This document shows positions 36,284 through 47,411 of a stretch of 63,460 nucleotides of DNA, piece by piece (positions within the stretch are counted from its first letter, which is position 1; every line of letters begins with the position of its first letter). A program made the position numbers and the translations under genes. The notes under the pieces are model-generated. The model was not told where the DNA came from. It ran no database searches and saw nothing but the letters and a program-made list of their open reading frames with translations. Location: contig CAIUKQ010000105.1 in the NCBI GenBank assembly GCA_903899705.1, positions 1-63,460 on the forward strand. The letters run 5' to 3'. Source of the DNA: an uncultured beta proteobacterium (GTDB taxonomy: Bacteria; Pseudomonadota; Gammaproteobacteria; Burkholderiales; SG8-39).

Positions 36284-37780
36284 TCATTGACTATTTTGAC
36301 TTCGCATGCGATCAACGCTTCGAAAATACGGATTGGGGGCTTTGAGGTCTGCGGGCAACTCGGATATGGCGTTGCGCACGTCAACGGTGGTGGGGTAGTT
36401 CCCCATTGCCACGCGGTAATGCTGTGCACCATTGATTTTTACACTATAGACGTAAAGATCCTGTGTCGGCAGCAATTTCTGCGCCCGATGGATAAAACTC
36501 TCCAAGCGTGCGGGTTCGCTTTCCGCCACTGTAATTAGTTGAATTGAATAGTTTTTTCCGGGGGCGCCTTTGAGCCATTCCTGGGTCTTGGCGAAGCTTT
36601 GTTGGGCCAGTTTTCCAAGCGAATGATTTTCGGGGGCCTGCATGGCCACAGCGTCGTCCCCGGTCAGACTTTTGACCGCTGGATTGAGGTTTTTTTCGGA
36701 TTGCACCTGTGCAGCGGGCTGCACCGCCGCCGCCGGATCTCGCTGCGGCAACGCTTCGGGACGCTCGTCAACCCGCACCTGCGGGACATCCTTTTCCGGG
36801 GCCGGCGACGTCTGGATGCCTTGCGTTCCGGCGGCGACCGGTGGGGGTTGCTGCACAATCGCTGCAACATGGTTCGGCGTCGCCGCAAGCATCATGGCGA
36901 GTCCATATCCAATGGCAATGCCGGCGGCTGCGCCAGCGCAAATCAGCGCAATGCGACCCAATTTCGGTTTCGGGCGGTAGAAGTCGGAATCAGCAACTGC
37001 CCGCCGGGCTTCTCGTTCGCCCACGGTATGGGTGTTTGCGGCAAAAGCGGCAAGCAGTGATTTATCCGCAAGAATATTGATTCTTCGGGTGAGACCCTTT
37101 GACGCTTCGTCGATACGTCTGATCGCGGCAGGTGAAAACGGATTGGGCCCGCGATAACCTGCGGCCCGCAATCGGTAGTCGATGTAGCTTCGAATGTCGT
37201 TTCGAACCAGGGGTTCAAGGCGGAATCCATGAGTGATCCTCTCCTTGAGCTGGCGCATTTCGGCCGTGTTGAGAAGTTCATCAAGTTCCGGCTGCCCGAA
37301 AAGCACGATCTGCAGCAGTTTGTTGCGATTGGCCTCGAGATTGGATAGGAGGCGAATTTCCTCGAGGGTTTCACGCGGCATTGCATGCGCTTCGTCGATC
37401 AGCACCACGACACGTCGCCCGGCGGCGTACCGTTCAATAAGAGCATCCTGTATGGAACGCAAAATCCTCGTGCCGCGCTCGCTGTCCGGATTCAGTTTCA
37501 GTTCATCCGAGATCGCAATGAGGATTTCGTCTTTCGAAAGAGACGGATTCGCGAGGTAAATAATTTCGACATGCGGCGGAAGACGCTCCATGAGAACCCG
37601 GCACAACATGGTTTTTCCGCTGCCCACTTCACCCGAAACCTTCACGATTCCTTCGTCGTGGGTGATGGCATACAGGAGTGCGTCCAGCGTGGCGCCGCGA
37701 TTTGCGCCCGCGAAGAAAAAATCGGTGTGCGGGGTTATTCGAAACGGGGCTTCGCTCAGGCCGAAATGGTCGAAATACAT
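36284..37780 (-). CDS. ExeA/MshM-type AAA+ ATPase fused to TM segment and C-terminal SPOR-like domain
   Basis: 498 aa. FGLSEAPFRITP, Walker A GEVGSGKT, Walker B VLIDEAH. TM segment (IALICAGAAAGIAIGYGLAMML). C-terminus YSIQLITVAE...YRVAMGNYPTTVDVRNAISELP looks like a SPOR domain. Confidence 0.85.
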   Translation of the reverse strand: MYFDHFGLSEAPFRITPHTDFFFAGANRGATLDALLYAITHDEGIVKVSGEVGSGKTMLCRVLMERLPPHVEIIYLANPSLSKDEILIAISDELKLNPDSERGTRILRSIQDALIERYAAGRRVVVLIDEAHAMPRETLEEIRLLSNLEANRNKLLQIVLFGQPELDELLNTAEMRQLKERITHGFRLEPLVRNDIRSYIDYRLRAAGYRGPNPFSPAAIRRIDEASKGLTRRINILADKSLLAAFAANTHTVGEREARRAVADSDFYRPKPKLGRIALICAGAAAGIAIGYGLAMMLAATPNHVAAIVQQPPPVAAGTQGIQTSPAPEKDVPQVRVDERPEALPQRDPAAAVQPAAQVQSEKNLNPAVKSLTGDDAVAMQAPENHSLGKLAQQSFAKTQEWLKGAPGKNYSIQLITVAESEPARLESFIHRAQKLLPTQDLYVYSVKINGAQHYRVAMGNYPTTVDVRNAISELPADLKAPNPYFRSVDRMRSQNSQ

Positions 37781-37787
37781 GACGGGT

Positions 37788-39221
37788 TCAGGGCTGCTTC
37801 TGCAGCGCTTCCATCCGGGAATACAGGGTTGTGCGGTTGATTCCCAGCAATTTTGCCGCCTGGCTGACGTTTCCGCGGGTCAACTTCATGGCCGCCTCGA
37901 TGTACCCCTGCTCCCACTGCTTGAGGGTCTGGTCCAGGTTGAAGTCACGTTCACGCTGCAGGTGCTTTTGCGCCTGGTCCACGAGGGCTTCCGGATCCCG
38001 TTCCTCAAGGGGGGCTACGCGCGTTTGCTGAGGAAAGTCCTCCATATCCAGTTCGGGCTCCAGTTCCCTGGCGGATAGGCGTTGGCCCGCGTACTTGGTG
38101 GCCAGACGGATGGTGATGTTCCTCAATTCCCTGACGTTGCCCGGGAAACGGTATTCCTGCCAGAGCTGCTTGGCGGAATCTTCCAGCGAGAACGTCTGGA
38201 GTTGTGCCTGGGCGGCATAGAATTTCTGAAAGTGCTCGAGCAGCAATGTCTTGTCATCGTCCATTTCCCGCAACGGGGGAACGCTGATGGTGAAGACCGA
38301 CAGCCGGTGGTAAAGGTCGGCTCGAAAGTGCCCCTTTTTGATTTCCTGACGCAGATCGCGGTTTGTGGCGGCAATGACCCTTGCCTCTGAATGGCGCTGT
38401 TGCGTCTCGCCCACCCGCTGATATTCGCCATTTTCCAGTACACGGAGCAATTTGGCCTGCAATTCCATCGGCAACTCACCGATTTCATCCAGAAACAGGG
38501 TTCCGTCCGCGGCGTCTTCGAAATAACCCGATTTGTTCTGTGTGGCGCCTGTAAATGAGCCTTTTGCATAGCCAAAAAGAGTCGGTTCCACCAGTGTCGG
38601 CGCGATTGCCGCGCAGTTGAGCGCGAACCAGGGCTTTGACCTGCGCCAGGAAAGCCGGTGAAGCAGATTGGCGACCAATTCCTTGCCGGTTCCGGACTCC
38701 CCTTCGATCAGGGCCGGGTATGGCGAGTCCGCGTACTGGTTGATCTGGTTCTTCAGTTTTTGAAGCGGCGGGCTGTTCCCAATGAGAGGATCCGTGTCGG
38801 TTGCGCCACCCCCCGATATTTCTGCTGCGCGGAATTGCAATGCGCGCAAAAGAATCTTTTTCAGACTCTCCGCGTCGCAGGGTTTCGCGACAAATTCGGT
38901 TGCCCCCAGGGTTCTGGCATGACGCGCATTCGCGGCGTCGTTTTGACCGGACAGCACCAGAATCTTCATGGCCGGCGAATGCGCGAGCAGATCACCTATC
39001 AGGGCGAACCCTTCGTCGGGACGATGCGGCGCCGGCGGAAGTCCCAGGTCGATGAGGGCGAGTTGCGGGGCATCGTCCCGCTGTCGCAGCAGGCTGATGG
39101 CATGGCGACGCGAATCGCTGACGAGGACATCAAAATCCCCGCTCAGCGCGAACGAAAGGGTCTCGGTGATGAGCGGGTCGTCGTCAACTAGCAACAGGCT
39201 CGGTTTATCGGCCATGGACAT
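37788..39221 (-). CDS. Sigma-54-dependent response regulator (REC-AAA+-Fis HTH; PrsR-like)
   Basis: 477 aa. REC domain with LALIDLGLPP, Walker A GESGTGKE, sigma-54 contact loop GSFTGA, and C-terminal HTH (GNVSQAAKLLGINRTTLYSRM). Confidence 0.92.
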   Translation of the reverse strand: MSMADKPSLLLVDDDPLITETLSFALSGDFDVLVSDSRRHAISLLRQRDDAPQLALIDLGLPPAPHRPDEGFALIGDLLAHSPAMKILVLSGQNDAANARHARTLGATEFVAKPCDAESLKKILLRALQFRAAEISGGGATDTDPLIGNSPPLQKLKNQINQYADSPYPALIEGESGTGKELVANLLHRLSWRRSKPWFALNCAAIAPTLVEPTLFGYAKGSFTGATQNKSGYFEDAADGTLFLDEIGELPMELQAKLLRVLENGEYQRVGETQQRHSEARVIAATNRDLRQEIKKGHFRADLYHRLSVFTISVPPLREMDDDKTLLLEHFQKFYAAQAQLQTFSLEDSAKQLWQEYRFPGNVRELRNITIRLATKYAGQRLSARELEPELDMEDFPQQTRVAPLEERDPEALVDQAQKHLQRERDFNLDQTLKQWEQGYIEAAMKLTRGNVSQAAKLLGINRTTLYSRMEALQKQP

Positions 39222-39939
39222 TCGATTCGATGCATTTCAGGAACGCGCGCTCAAGCGACGGTTCTCCCTGGCGTTCCAGCAACATGCCGGGGCTCCCGCT
39301 ATACGCCACCGAGCCGCAATGCAAGACCACCATATCGTCGCAGATTTCATCAATGTCGGCGAGAGAGTGCGAGGTGAAGACAAGGGACTTGCCGTCATTT
39401 TTGAGCCTTTGCAGCATTTTTTTTACATGCACCCTCGCGCTTGGATCCAGGCCGCTCATGGGTTCATCGAGGACAAAAAGCTCCTTGCGGGAGAGAAAAC
39501 AGGCCGCCAGCCCCAGCTTTTGCGTCATCCCTTTTGAGAAGGTCCGAACAGGTTTGTCCAGGCAGGAAGGCGCAAGATCCAGATCGGCAAAGGTTGAAAG
39601 TACCGATTGATCATCCCAATCCGACCCGGAAATCTGCCGCGTGGCCCGAATGAACTCCCGCCCCGTCAGAAACCAGGGGGGGGTAAAACGCTCGGGCAGA
39701 AAAGTCAGGCAGGCGCGGGCCGAGGGCCTCGTGCTGGGCATCCCCTTGATTTCGATCGCTCCGCTGTCGAAGGAGCAGAAATCGAGCATGCATTTCAGGA
39801 GTGTTGTCTTGCCCGCGCCGTTTTCGCCGGCCAGGCCGAGAAGTTGACCGGGCGCAACGCTGAATTCCACATCGTCGAGAATCTTGACGCGACCGAAGCT
39901 TTTGCTGACTTTTTTGAAGCTGAGTATTGGCGCAGGCAT
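39205..39939 (-). CDS. ABC transporter ATP-binding protein (first gene of the pilus operon)
   Basis: 244 aa. Walker A GENGAGKTT, signature FSKGMTQK, Walker B LFVLDEP, H-loop TSH. 17-nt overlap with the response-regulator gene. Confidence 0.88.
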   Translation of the reverse strand: MPAPILSFKKVSKSFGRVKILDDVEFSVAPGQLLGLAGENGAGKTTLLKCMLDFCSFDSGAIEIKGMPSTRPSARACLTFLPERFTPPWFLTGREFIRATRQISGSDWDDQSVLSTFADLDLAPSCLDKPVRTFSKGMTQKLGLAACFLSRKELFVLDEPMSGLDPSARVHVKKMLQRLKNDGKSLVFTSHSLADIDEICDDMVVLHCGSVAYSGSPGMLLERQGEPSLERAFLKCIESNVHGR

Positions 39940-40066
39940 GGACGCCCCCGCTTGAAGTTATTTTCGATCATATATCAACCCCATGGTACGTCGCGGGTAA
40001 CGATTCATTTGGAAGTGGTTTTCATTTCCATCTGAGGACTCTGGGATATCAGCTAGAATCCGCGCT

Positions 40067-40900
40067 TTGCCCTTGCGCGCAAGACATTTCCCGGTGAGCA
40101 ACGAGAATCTGGTCGAAGTCGACAACGTTACCTTTGCCTACGACAGACGCACCATTCTGGATGCAATCAGTCTGAACATCGTACGGGGCCAGGTTATAGC
40201 CATAATGGGCGGAAGCGGTTGTGGAAAAACCACGACCTTGCGCATGATCGCCGGTGCCCTGCGTCCCAGCCAGGGTGACGTGAGGGTGGCAGGTCAGACG
40301 GTCAACCGCCTTTCCAGCCGGGACCTTTACGCATTGCGTCGCCGGATGGGTATGCTTTTCCAGTTCGGCGCGCTTTTCACGGATGCCTCCACTTTTGACA
40401 ATGTCGCGTTTCAATTGAGGGAACATACGACGCTGCCAGAATCGATGATAAGTGACCTGGTTATGATGAAACTAAATGCGGTGGGGTTGCGTGGCGCCTC
40501 AAACCTGATGCCCTCGGAGTTGTCCGGCGGCATGGCGCGGCGAGTGGCGCTGGCCCGATCAATCGCCCTGGACCCCATGCTGATGATGTACGACGAACCG
40601 TTTGCCGGCCTTGATCCCATTTCGTTTGGTGTGATTGGCAAACTTATCCGGCAGCTTAACGATGCTCTCGGGGCCACCTCAATCATCGTGACACATGATG
40701 TCGCGGAGGCCCTGCAAATCGTGGATTACGTGTATTTCATGTCGGAAGGCCGGATTGTCGCCAAAGGCAGCCCCTCGGAAATACGGGCATCGACGGACCC
40801 GTTTGTGCGGCAGTTCGTTCAGGGAGAGGCCTACGGACCTGTTGAATTTCAATACCCCGCCCCGGATTACCGGCAGCATCTTTACGCGGAAGCACATTGA
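40067..40900 (+). CDS. mlaF: Phospholipid ABC transporter ATP-binding protein MlaF
   Basis: [23 protein letters not shown] and [12 protein letters not shown] motifs. TTG start at 40067; an alternative in-frame GTG is at 40094. Confidence 0.92.
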   Translation: MPLRARHFPVSNENLVEVDNVTFAYDRRTILDAISLNIVRGQVIAIMGGSGCGKTTTLRMIAGALRPSQGDVRVAGQTVNRLSSRDLYALRRRMGMLFQFGALFTDASTFDNVAFQLREHTTLPESMISDLVMMKLNAVGLRGASNLMPSELSGGMARRVALARSIALDPMLMMYDEPFAGLDPISFGVIGKLIRQLNDALGATSIIVTHDVAEALQIVDYVYFMSEGRIVAKGSPSEIRASTDPFVRQFVQGEAYGPVEFQYPAPDYRQHLYAEAH

Positions 40901-41691
40901 TGGAGCGGCTCGTTGAGCTTTTGCGTCTGCTGGGTGCCCGTGCCATCAACTGGGTATGGCGCCTTGGGTACGCATCCCGGTTTTTCTGGCTGGTACTCAA
41001 ATATTCCGGTTCAAGTCTGCGCCGGTTTTCGCTGACCATTCGCGAGATCTATTTCGCAGGCGTTCTTTCGCTTGTCATCATTCTGGTTTCGGGGCTGTTC
41101 GTTGGCATGGTGCTCGGACTGCAGGGCTATGACACCCTTGTGCGTTATGGCGCTTCCGACTCGCTTGGCGTGCTTGTGGCCTTGTCCCTGATTCGAGAAC
41201 TCGGGCCTGTCGTGGCCGGATTGCTGTTTGCGAGTCGCGCCGGTTCTGCGATTACCGCGGAAATCGGATTGATGAAGGCAACCGAACAGCTCGCCGCAAT
41301 GGAAATGATGGCGGTGGATCCCATTGCTAGGGTCATCGCCCCCCGTTTCTGGGCGGGCGTGATATCGATGCCGATACTGGCGGCCCTGTTTTCTGCCATG
41401 GGTGTGTTCGGTGGTTATCTGGTGGGTGTGCACATGATTGGAGTGGATGAGGGCTCATTCTGGTCCCAGATGCAGTCCGCAGTCGATTTCAGGGAAGACG
41501 TGCTGAATGGCGTTATAAAAAGCTTTGTATTCGGGGTCGCGATTACCTGGATATCCGTTTTCGAAGGCTATGATGCGCCGCCTACTGCGGAGGGGGTGTC
41601 TGGCGCTACGACACGGACCGTGGTGACTTCGTCACTGGCCGTTCTGGCACTCGATTTTATTTTGACCGCGCTGATGTTTCGGGGAGTTTGA
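40897..41691 (+). CDS. mlaE: Phospholipid ABC transporter permease MlaE
   Basis: 264 aa. MlaE/Ttg2B permease pattern (..[27 protein letters not shown]..). 4-nt overlap with mlaF. Confidence 0.92.
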   Translation: MMERLVELLRLLGARAINWVWRLGYASRFFWLVLKYSGSSLRRFSLTIREIYFAGVLSLVIILVSGLFVGMVLGLQGYDTLVRYGASDSLGVLVALSLIRELGPVVAGLLFASRAGSAITAEIGLMKATEQLAAMEMMAVDPIARVIAPRFWAGVISMPILAALFSAMGVFGGYLVGVHMIGVDEGSFWSQMQSAVDFREDVLNGVIKSFVFGVAITWISVFEGYDAPPTAEGVSGATTRTVVTSSLAVLALDFILTALMFRGV

Positions 41692-41693
41692 TC

Positions 41694-42167
41694 ATGATGT
41701 CTCGCAAGGAACTTGACCTGTGGGTCGGAATATTCGTGGCGATGGGGTTCGGGGCGCTGTTGTTTTTGGCCCTCAAGGTGGCCAATTTGTCCTCCTTTTC
41801 CGCCTCCCAGGCTTATGATATTTCAGCCAAATTTGACAATATTGGCGGACTCAAGCGAAGCGCTCCCGTGAAGAGCGCCGGTGTCGTCGTCGGGCGAGTG
41901 ACGGATATCAGTTTTGACGCTCAGACGTTTGAGGCCGTGGTTCGCATGGCGCTGGACAGCAAGTTCCAGTTTCCAAAGGACTCTTCGGCAAAAATACTGA
42001 CTTCCGGATTACTCGGGGAGCAATATGTGGGAATTTCCGCCGGGGGGGACAGCGCAAGCCTGAAATCCGGAGATACGTTAAAGATTACGCAGTCTGCGGT
42101 CGTTCTAGAGAATCTGATCAGTCAATTCTTGTATAGTAAAGCGGCTGAGGGCGACAACAAAAAGTAA
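41694..42167 (+). CDS. mlaD: MCE-domain phospholipid-binding protein MlaD
   Basis: N-terminal TM segment and MCE domain (..GGLKRSAPVKSAGVVVGRV..). ATG at 41694 with GGGGAG 7 nt upstream. Confidence 0.9.
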   Translation: MMSRKELDLWVGIFVAMGFGALLFLALKVANLSSFSASQAYDISAKFDNIGGLKRSAPVKSAGVVVGRVTDISFDAQTFEAVVRMALDSKFQFPKDSSAKILTSGLLGEQYVGISAGGDSASLKSGDTLKITQSAVVLENLISQFLYSKAAEGDNKK

Positions 42168-42278
42168 AATCAACATCCTATGATGTCGGAGAAGGTTTTT
42201 GCGACCTGGAAATCCTGGCGCGGGTCGAAAACCGGGCCAGTTTTGGCCGCTGATCAAAAATCAAGGTTAAGGAATTCC

Positions 42279-43127
42279 ATGCAGTGCGGATTGAAGAGCT
42301 TGGTCTGGGGGGTGCTGTTGAGCGCGACCCTTGCCGGATGCGCGACCCCTGGCGGGAATCCCCGGGACCCGCTTGAGCCGTTAAACAGGGCCGTTTTCAC
42401 TTTTAACGAAACGGTTGACGATGCCGTGCTTCGTCCCGTGGCCCAGGGCTATCGGGCCGTATTGCCGGAAATGGTTCGCACCGGAGTGAGCAATTTTTTC
42501 GCCAATCTTGAGGACCTGTGGATCGGTGTCAACAACATCCTCCAAGGCAAACCGGCCGATGGCGTACAGGATTTCGCCCGATTTGCCTTTAACAGCAGCT
42601 TCGGCATCCTGGGCCTGATTGATGTCTCCACGGATTTCAATATTCCAAAGCATAACGAAGACTTCGGTCAGACGCTGGGCCGCTGGGGGGCAGAAGCGGG
42701 GCCCTATCTCGTGCTGCCTTTTTTCGGCCCCAGCAATGTTCGCGATGGTCTGGGATTCGTTGTCGGCAACAAAGCGGATATCGTTCGTAATCTCGGTCAT
42801 GTGCCAACGCGCAATACGCTATTTGCCGTTCGTACGCTCAATATCCGCGCCAATTTGCTTGACATCGGCAGGGTCGCCGAGGAGGCGGCGCTGGATAAAT
42901 ACCGGTTCATGCGGGACGCCCATTTTCAGCGCAGAAACAACCTTATCTTCGATGGCGATCCTCCTCGAGAGAGCGAAAAATCAGAACTTCCATCCGCGGG
43001 CGAGATAAGTAGCACGACTGCACCGGCCATTCCGGCTTCAGATGATCATTCAACTGGAGCAAACGCAAGTGGATCGCTGGCGGATCAATCGATCCGATCG
43101 TCGCAGCCCGGTCCAACCATCAACTAA
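42279..43127 (+). CDS. mlaA: Outer-membrane lipoprotein MlaA (VacJ)
   Basis: Lipobox SATLAGC, DPLEPLNRAVFTFN and VLPFFGPSNVRD motifs. ORF trimmed from 42180 to the ATG at 42279. Confidence 0.88.
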   Translation: MQCGLKSLVWGVLLSATLAGCATPGGNPRDPLEPLNRAVFTFNETVDDAVLRPVAQGYRAVLPEMVRTGVSNFFANLEDLWIGVNNILQGKPADGVQDFARFAFNSSFGILGLIDVSTDFNIPKHNEDFGQTLGRWGAEAGPYLVLPFFGPSNVRDGLGFVVGNKADIVRNLGHVPTRNTLFAVRTLNIRANLLDIGRVAEEAALDKYRFMRDAHFQRRNNLIFDGDPPRESEKSELPSAGEISSTTAPAIPASDDHSTGANASGSLADQSIRSSQPGPTIN

Positions 43128-43145
43128 AGAGTGTTCGTGACGACA

Positions 43146-43763
43146 ATGAGAGCGATTTTATTATTTGCATTCGCCGGATTCCTTTCTGGTGCGTCATTTG
43201 CGCAAGTACCGCAAAGTCCTGATCAGCTTGTCCAGGGAATCACCACCGAGGTGATCGGTATCATCAAGAAGGATAAGGAAATCCAGGCTGGAAACGCGAA
43301 GCGCATCCAGGAACTTGTTGAAGGCCGCGTGCTGCCCCATTTCAGCTTTACCCGAATGACCCAGATCGCGATGGCCGTGAACTGGCGCAAGGCGACCCCT
43401 GAGCAACAGCAGGCTCTCGTCGGGGAATTCAAGACATTGCTGATTCGAACCTATTCCAACGCATTGTCGTTATATCGGGATCAGGTCATAGATTTCAAAC
43501 CACTGCGCGCCCGTCCGGACGACGCCGAGGTCACGGTTCGTTCCGAGATACGTCAGCGCGGGCAGCAACCACTGACTCTTGATTACGATATGGAAAAAAC
43601 GCCACAGGGATGGAAGGTCTTCGATGTCAAAGTCGGAGGTGTCAGCCTGATCAGCACCTACCGGGAGGATTTCGCCGGACAGGTTCGGGACGCTGGTATT
43701 GACGGCTTGATCAAGGTTTTAACCACGAAAAACCGTCAACTGGAAGCCAGGACGAAGTCGTGA
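43146..43763 (+). CDS. mlaC: Periplasmic phospholipid-binding protein MlaC (Ttg2D)
   Basis: Signal peptide MRAILLFAFAGFLSGASFA/Q and Tol-tolerance family core (..HFSFTRMTQIAMAVNWRKAT..). GTG at 43131 is an alternative start. Confidence 0.88.
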   Translation: MRAILLFAFAGFLSGASFAQVPQSPDQLVQGITTEVIGIIKKDKEIQAGNAKRIQELVEGRVLPHFSFTRMTQIAMAVNWRKATPEQQQALVGEFKTLLIRTYSNALSLYRDQVIDFKPLRARPDDAEVTVRSEIRQRGQQPLTLDYDMEKTPQGWKVFDVKVGGVSLISTYREDFAGQVRDAGIDGLIKVLTTKNRQLEARTKS

Positions 43764-44041
43764 TTCGTCGCGAGGGCGATGGATTGCGAGTTTCCGGGCC
43801 CCTGACCATGAGTACGGTCCCGCTGCTCGCCGACGCCCTGGCCGAGCACCTTGTTGCTGATCCCGTCGAGATCGATTTCTCGGAGGTCACGGACGTGGAC
43901 TCTTCTGCGGTGGCCCTGACGCTTGAATGGCAGCGGCTGGCGGCCCGCAAGAAAGTGCTGCTTCATTTGCGCAACCTGCCTGAGGCGATGCTCAACCTTG
44001 CCAAACTCTATGGAGTATCCGAGTTCGTTCAACCACATTGA
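43760..44041 (+). CDS. mlaB: STAS-domain protein MlaB
   Basis: 93 aa. STAS/anti-sigma-antagonist fold pattern (..IDFSEVTDVDSSAVALTLEW..). GTGA overlap with mlaC. Confidence 0.8.
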   Translation: MIRREGDGLRVSGPLTMSTVPLLADALAEHLVADPVEIDFSEVTDVDSSAVALTLEWQRLAARKKVLLHLRNLPEAMLNLAKLYGVSEFVQPH

Positions 44042-44129
44042 AGTCATGTTCGCGCGCCGGCGCGACACGCATATCGTTGCCGGGTCCCCATTTTCTGTTT
44101 CTACAGCACCAATCCTCCGGTAATAACAC

Positions 44130-45035
44130 ATGAGCGCGGCTATTGAGATTGAGCAAATATCCAAGCGCTTTGGGTCGCTGCAGGCCCTTGACAATGTCAC
44201 CCTGCGAATCGAACAGGGCGAGTTTTTCGCCTTGTTGGGTCCCAATGGAGCCGGTAAGACCACGCTGATCAGCACACTTGCCGGTTTGGTCAGGGCCGAT
44301 TCGGGATCGGCGCGGATCATGGGATATGACGTGACCGCCGACTACCGGCAGTCGCGCCGGTCACTGGGGGTGGTTCCGCAAGAGCTTGTATTTGATCCTT
44401 TTTTCACCGTTCGTGAGACGCTGAGGATTCAATCCGGGTATTTCGGCCTCAACTCCAATGACGATTGGATTGATGAGATCATGGCCAATCTGGATCTCAC
44501 CACCAAAGCCGACGTCAATATGCGGGCGCTTTCCGGAGGGATGAAACGGCGGGTGCTGGTTGCGCAAGCGCTGGTGCACAAGCCGCCGGTCATTGTGCTG
44601 GATGAGCCGACGGCAGGGGTTGATGTGGAACTTCGGCAGGGGCTGTGGCAGTTCGTGCAGCGTCTGAATCGCGATGGCCACACGGTAGTGCTCACGACGC
44701 ATTACCTGGAGGAGGCGGAGACGTTATGCGAGCGCATCGCGATGCTGAAGCATGGACGTCTGGTCGCGCTCGATTCGAAATCCAACCTCGTGCGTCGTCT
44801 TCACAATATCCGGCTTCGGGTTCGCCTCGCCGGCAATCTGCCTCCCATCCTTGCCGAAATCGATCACGGGGTTCGCAACGGCGAGCATATCCTGTGGTTG
44901 CACGACTATTCAGAAGTTGAGCCGACACTGGCGGCCATCAGGGAGGCCGGTTGCTCCCTGATTGAAATGGAACTCGAACAGCCGGATCTGGAGGATGTAT
45001 TTCTTGAAATCATGAACCGGGAGGACGGCGCTTGA
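44130..45035 (+). CDS. ABC-2 type exporter ATP-binding protein (YadG-like)
   Basis: 301 aa. [17 protein letters not shown] and IVLDEPTAGVD motifs. Confidence 0.9.
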   Translation: MSAAIEIEQISKRFGSLQALDNVTLRIEQGEFFALLGPNGAGKTTLISTLAGLVRADSGSARIMGYDVTADYRQSRRSLGVVPQELVFDPFFTVRETLRIQSGYFGLNSNDDWIDEIMANLDLTTKADVNMRALSGGMKRRVLVAQALVHKPPVIVLDEPTAGVDVELRQGLWQFVQRLNRDGHTVVLTTHYLEEAETLCERIAMLKHGRLVALDSKSNLVRRLHNIRLRVRLAGNLPPILAEIDHGVRNGEHILWLHDYSEVEPTLAAIREAGCSLIEMELEQPDLEDVFLEIMNREDGA

Positions 45036-45787
45036 GCGGCTTTCAGACGCTGTTTCGCAAGGAGGTCCTGCGATTCCGGAAGGTGGCGACCCAAACCGTG
45101 ATGGCGCCGGTCCTGACCTCAATGCTCTACCTGCTGGTGTTCTCGCACCTGATGGAGAGCCGGCTGAGGGTGTATGACGCGGTGCCCTACAGCGCATTCC
45201 TGGTTCCGGGGCTTGTCATGATGTCCATGCTGCAAAACGCGTTTGCGAACACTTCCTCATCGATCATTCAATCGAAAATGACCGGCAACATCATTTTTGT
45301 GCTGTTGCCGCCGCTTTCCCACTGGGAGTTTTTCAGTGGATACGTTCTGGCCGCCGTCGTGCGCGGCATGGTCGTGGGCTCAGGAGTGCTGCTGGTCACC
45401 GTGCCGTTTACAGAGGTTTCATTGCAGCATCCGGTTTGGGTGCTGGCGTTTGCTCTGGTGGGGTGCGGCTTGCTGGGAACCCTTGGGCTTATCGCCGGCA
45501 TGATGGCCGACAAGATCGATCAAGTCGCGGCATTCCAGAATTTCCTGATCATGCCATTGACATTCCTGTCCGGCGTGTTTTACTCGATTCATTCCTTGCC
45601 GCCCCTGTGGCAGGATATCTCCCATCTGAATCCGTTTTTCTACATGATTGACGGGTTCAGATATGGCTTTTTCGGCATTTCGGATGTGAATCCTGCGGTG
45701 AGTTTTGTGGTTGCATTTGCCGCGCTTGCAGTCAGCGCTTCTTTCGCATTGAGCATGCTGAGAAGCGGCTACAAACTGAGGTTTTGA
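45032..45787 (+). CDS. ABC-2 type exporter permease (YadH-like)
   Basis: 251 aa with six TM segments. 4-nt overlap with the ATPase gene. Confidence 0.88.
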   Translation: MSGFQTLFRKEVLRFRKVATQTVMAPVLTSMLYLLVFSHLMESRLRVYDAVPYSAFLVPGLVMMSMLQNAFANTSSSIIQSKMTGNIIFVLLPPLSHWEFFSGYVLAAVVRGMVVGSGVLLVTVPFTEVSLQHPVWVLAFALVGCGLLGTLGLIAGMMADKIDQVAAFQNFLIMPLTFLSGVFYSIHSLPPLWQDISHLNPFFYMIDGFRYGFFGISDVNPAVSFVVAFAALAVSASFALSMLRSGYKLRF

Positions 45788-45798
45788 AACGGAGATTG

Positions 45799-46036
45799 AT
45801 GATGTTGACACCCGAGCAATTGCGCGAGTACATCGCTAAGGGCCTGATTTGTGAAACGCTGGAGGTGTCCGGAGACGGGCAGCATTTCGAGGCTTTGATA
45901 GTCAGTGCCGAGTTTGCCGGAAAGAGCCGGATTCAACGCCATCAGGCGGTCTATGCGGCATTGGGTGAGCGCATGCGCGAGGAAGTTCATGCACTGTCAA
46001 TGAAGACGCTGACCCCCGAGGAGTGGACAGCGACGC

Positions 46037-46044
<8 letters not shown>
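45799..46044 (+). CDS. ibaG: BolA-family protein (IbaG/YrbA position between mlaB-side genes and murA)
   Basis: BolA fold pattern (..[40 protein letters not shown]). Same synteny as E. coli mla-ibaG-murA. Start could be 45784, 45799 or 45802. Confidence 0.8.
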
Positions 46045-47289
<1,245 letters not shown>

Positions 47290-47411
47290 CCCTTGCTGAT
47301 GCCGTCGACAGTCCCTTGCAAACGGAGGCGCGAAGGCGGGATGTTCCCGGCAAATCCATGATTTTCTTGGGTTCTTTACTGTAAAATCCACCTTTTTGCG
47401 CTGCCGCATCC

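Noticed and set aside
19068-39939. Interpreting the locus as a type II secretion system or as a PEP-CTERM/exosortase EPS locus
   Set aside because: T2SS is unlikely. There are no GspC/L/M-type genes and no set of GspH-K minor pseudopilins. MshEN-type ATPase, MshM/ExeA-like, TPR/MshN-like and PilM/N/O-like genes are present, with duplicated abundant-type pilin genes. An exosortase locus is unlikely because no exosortase, glycosyltransferase or PEP-CTERM-tailed ORF is present. Only the regulator pair resembles that system.
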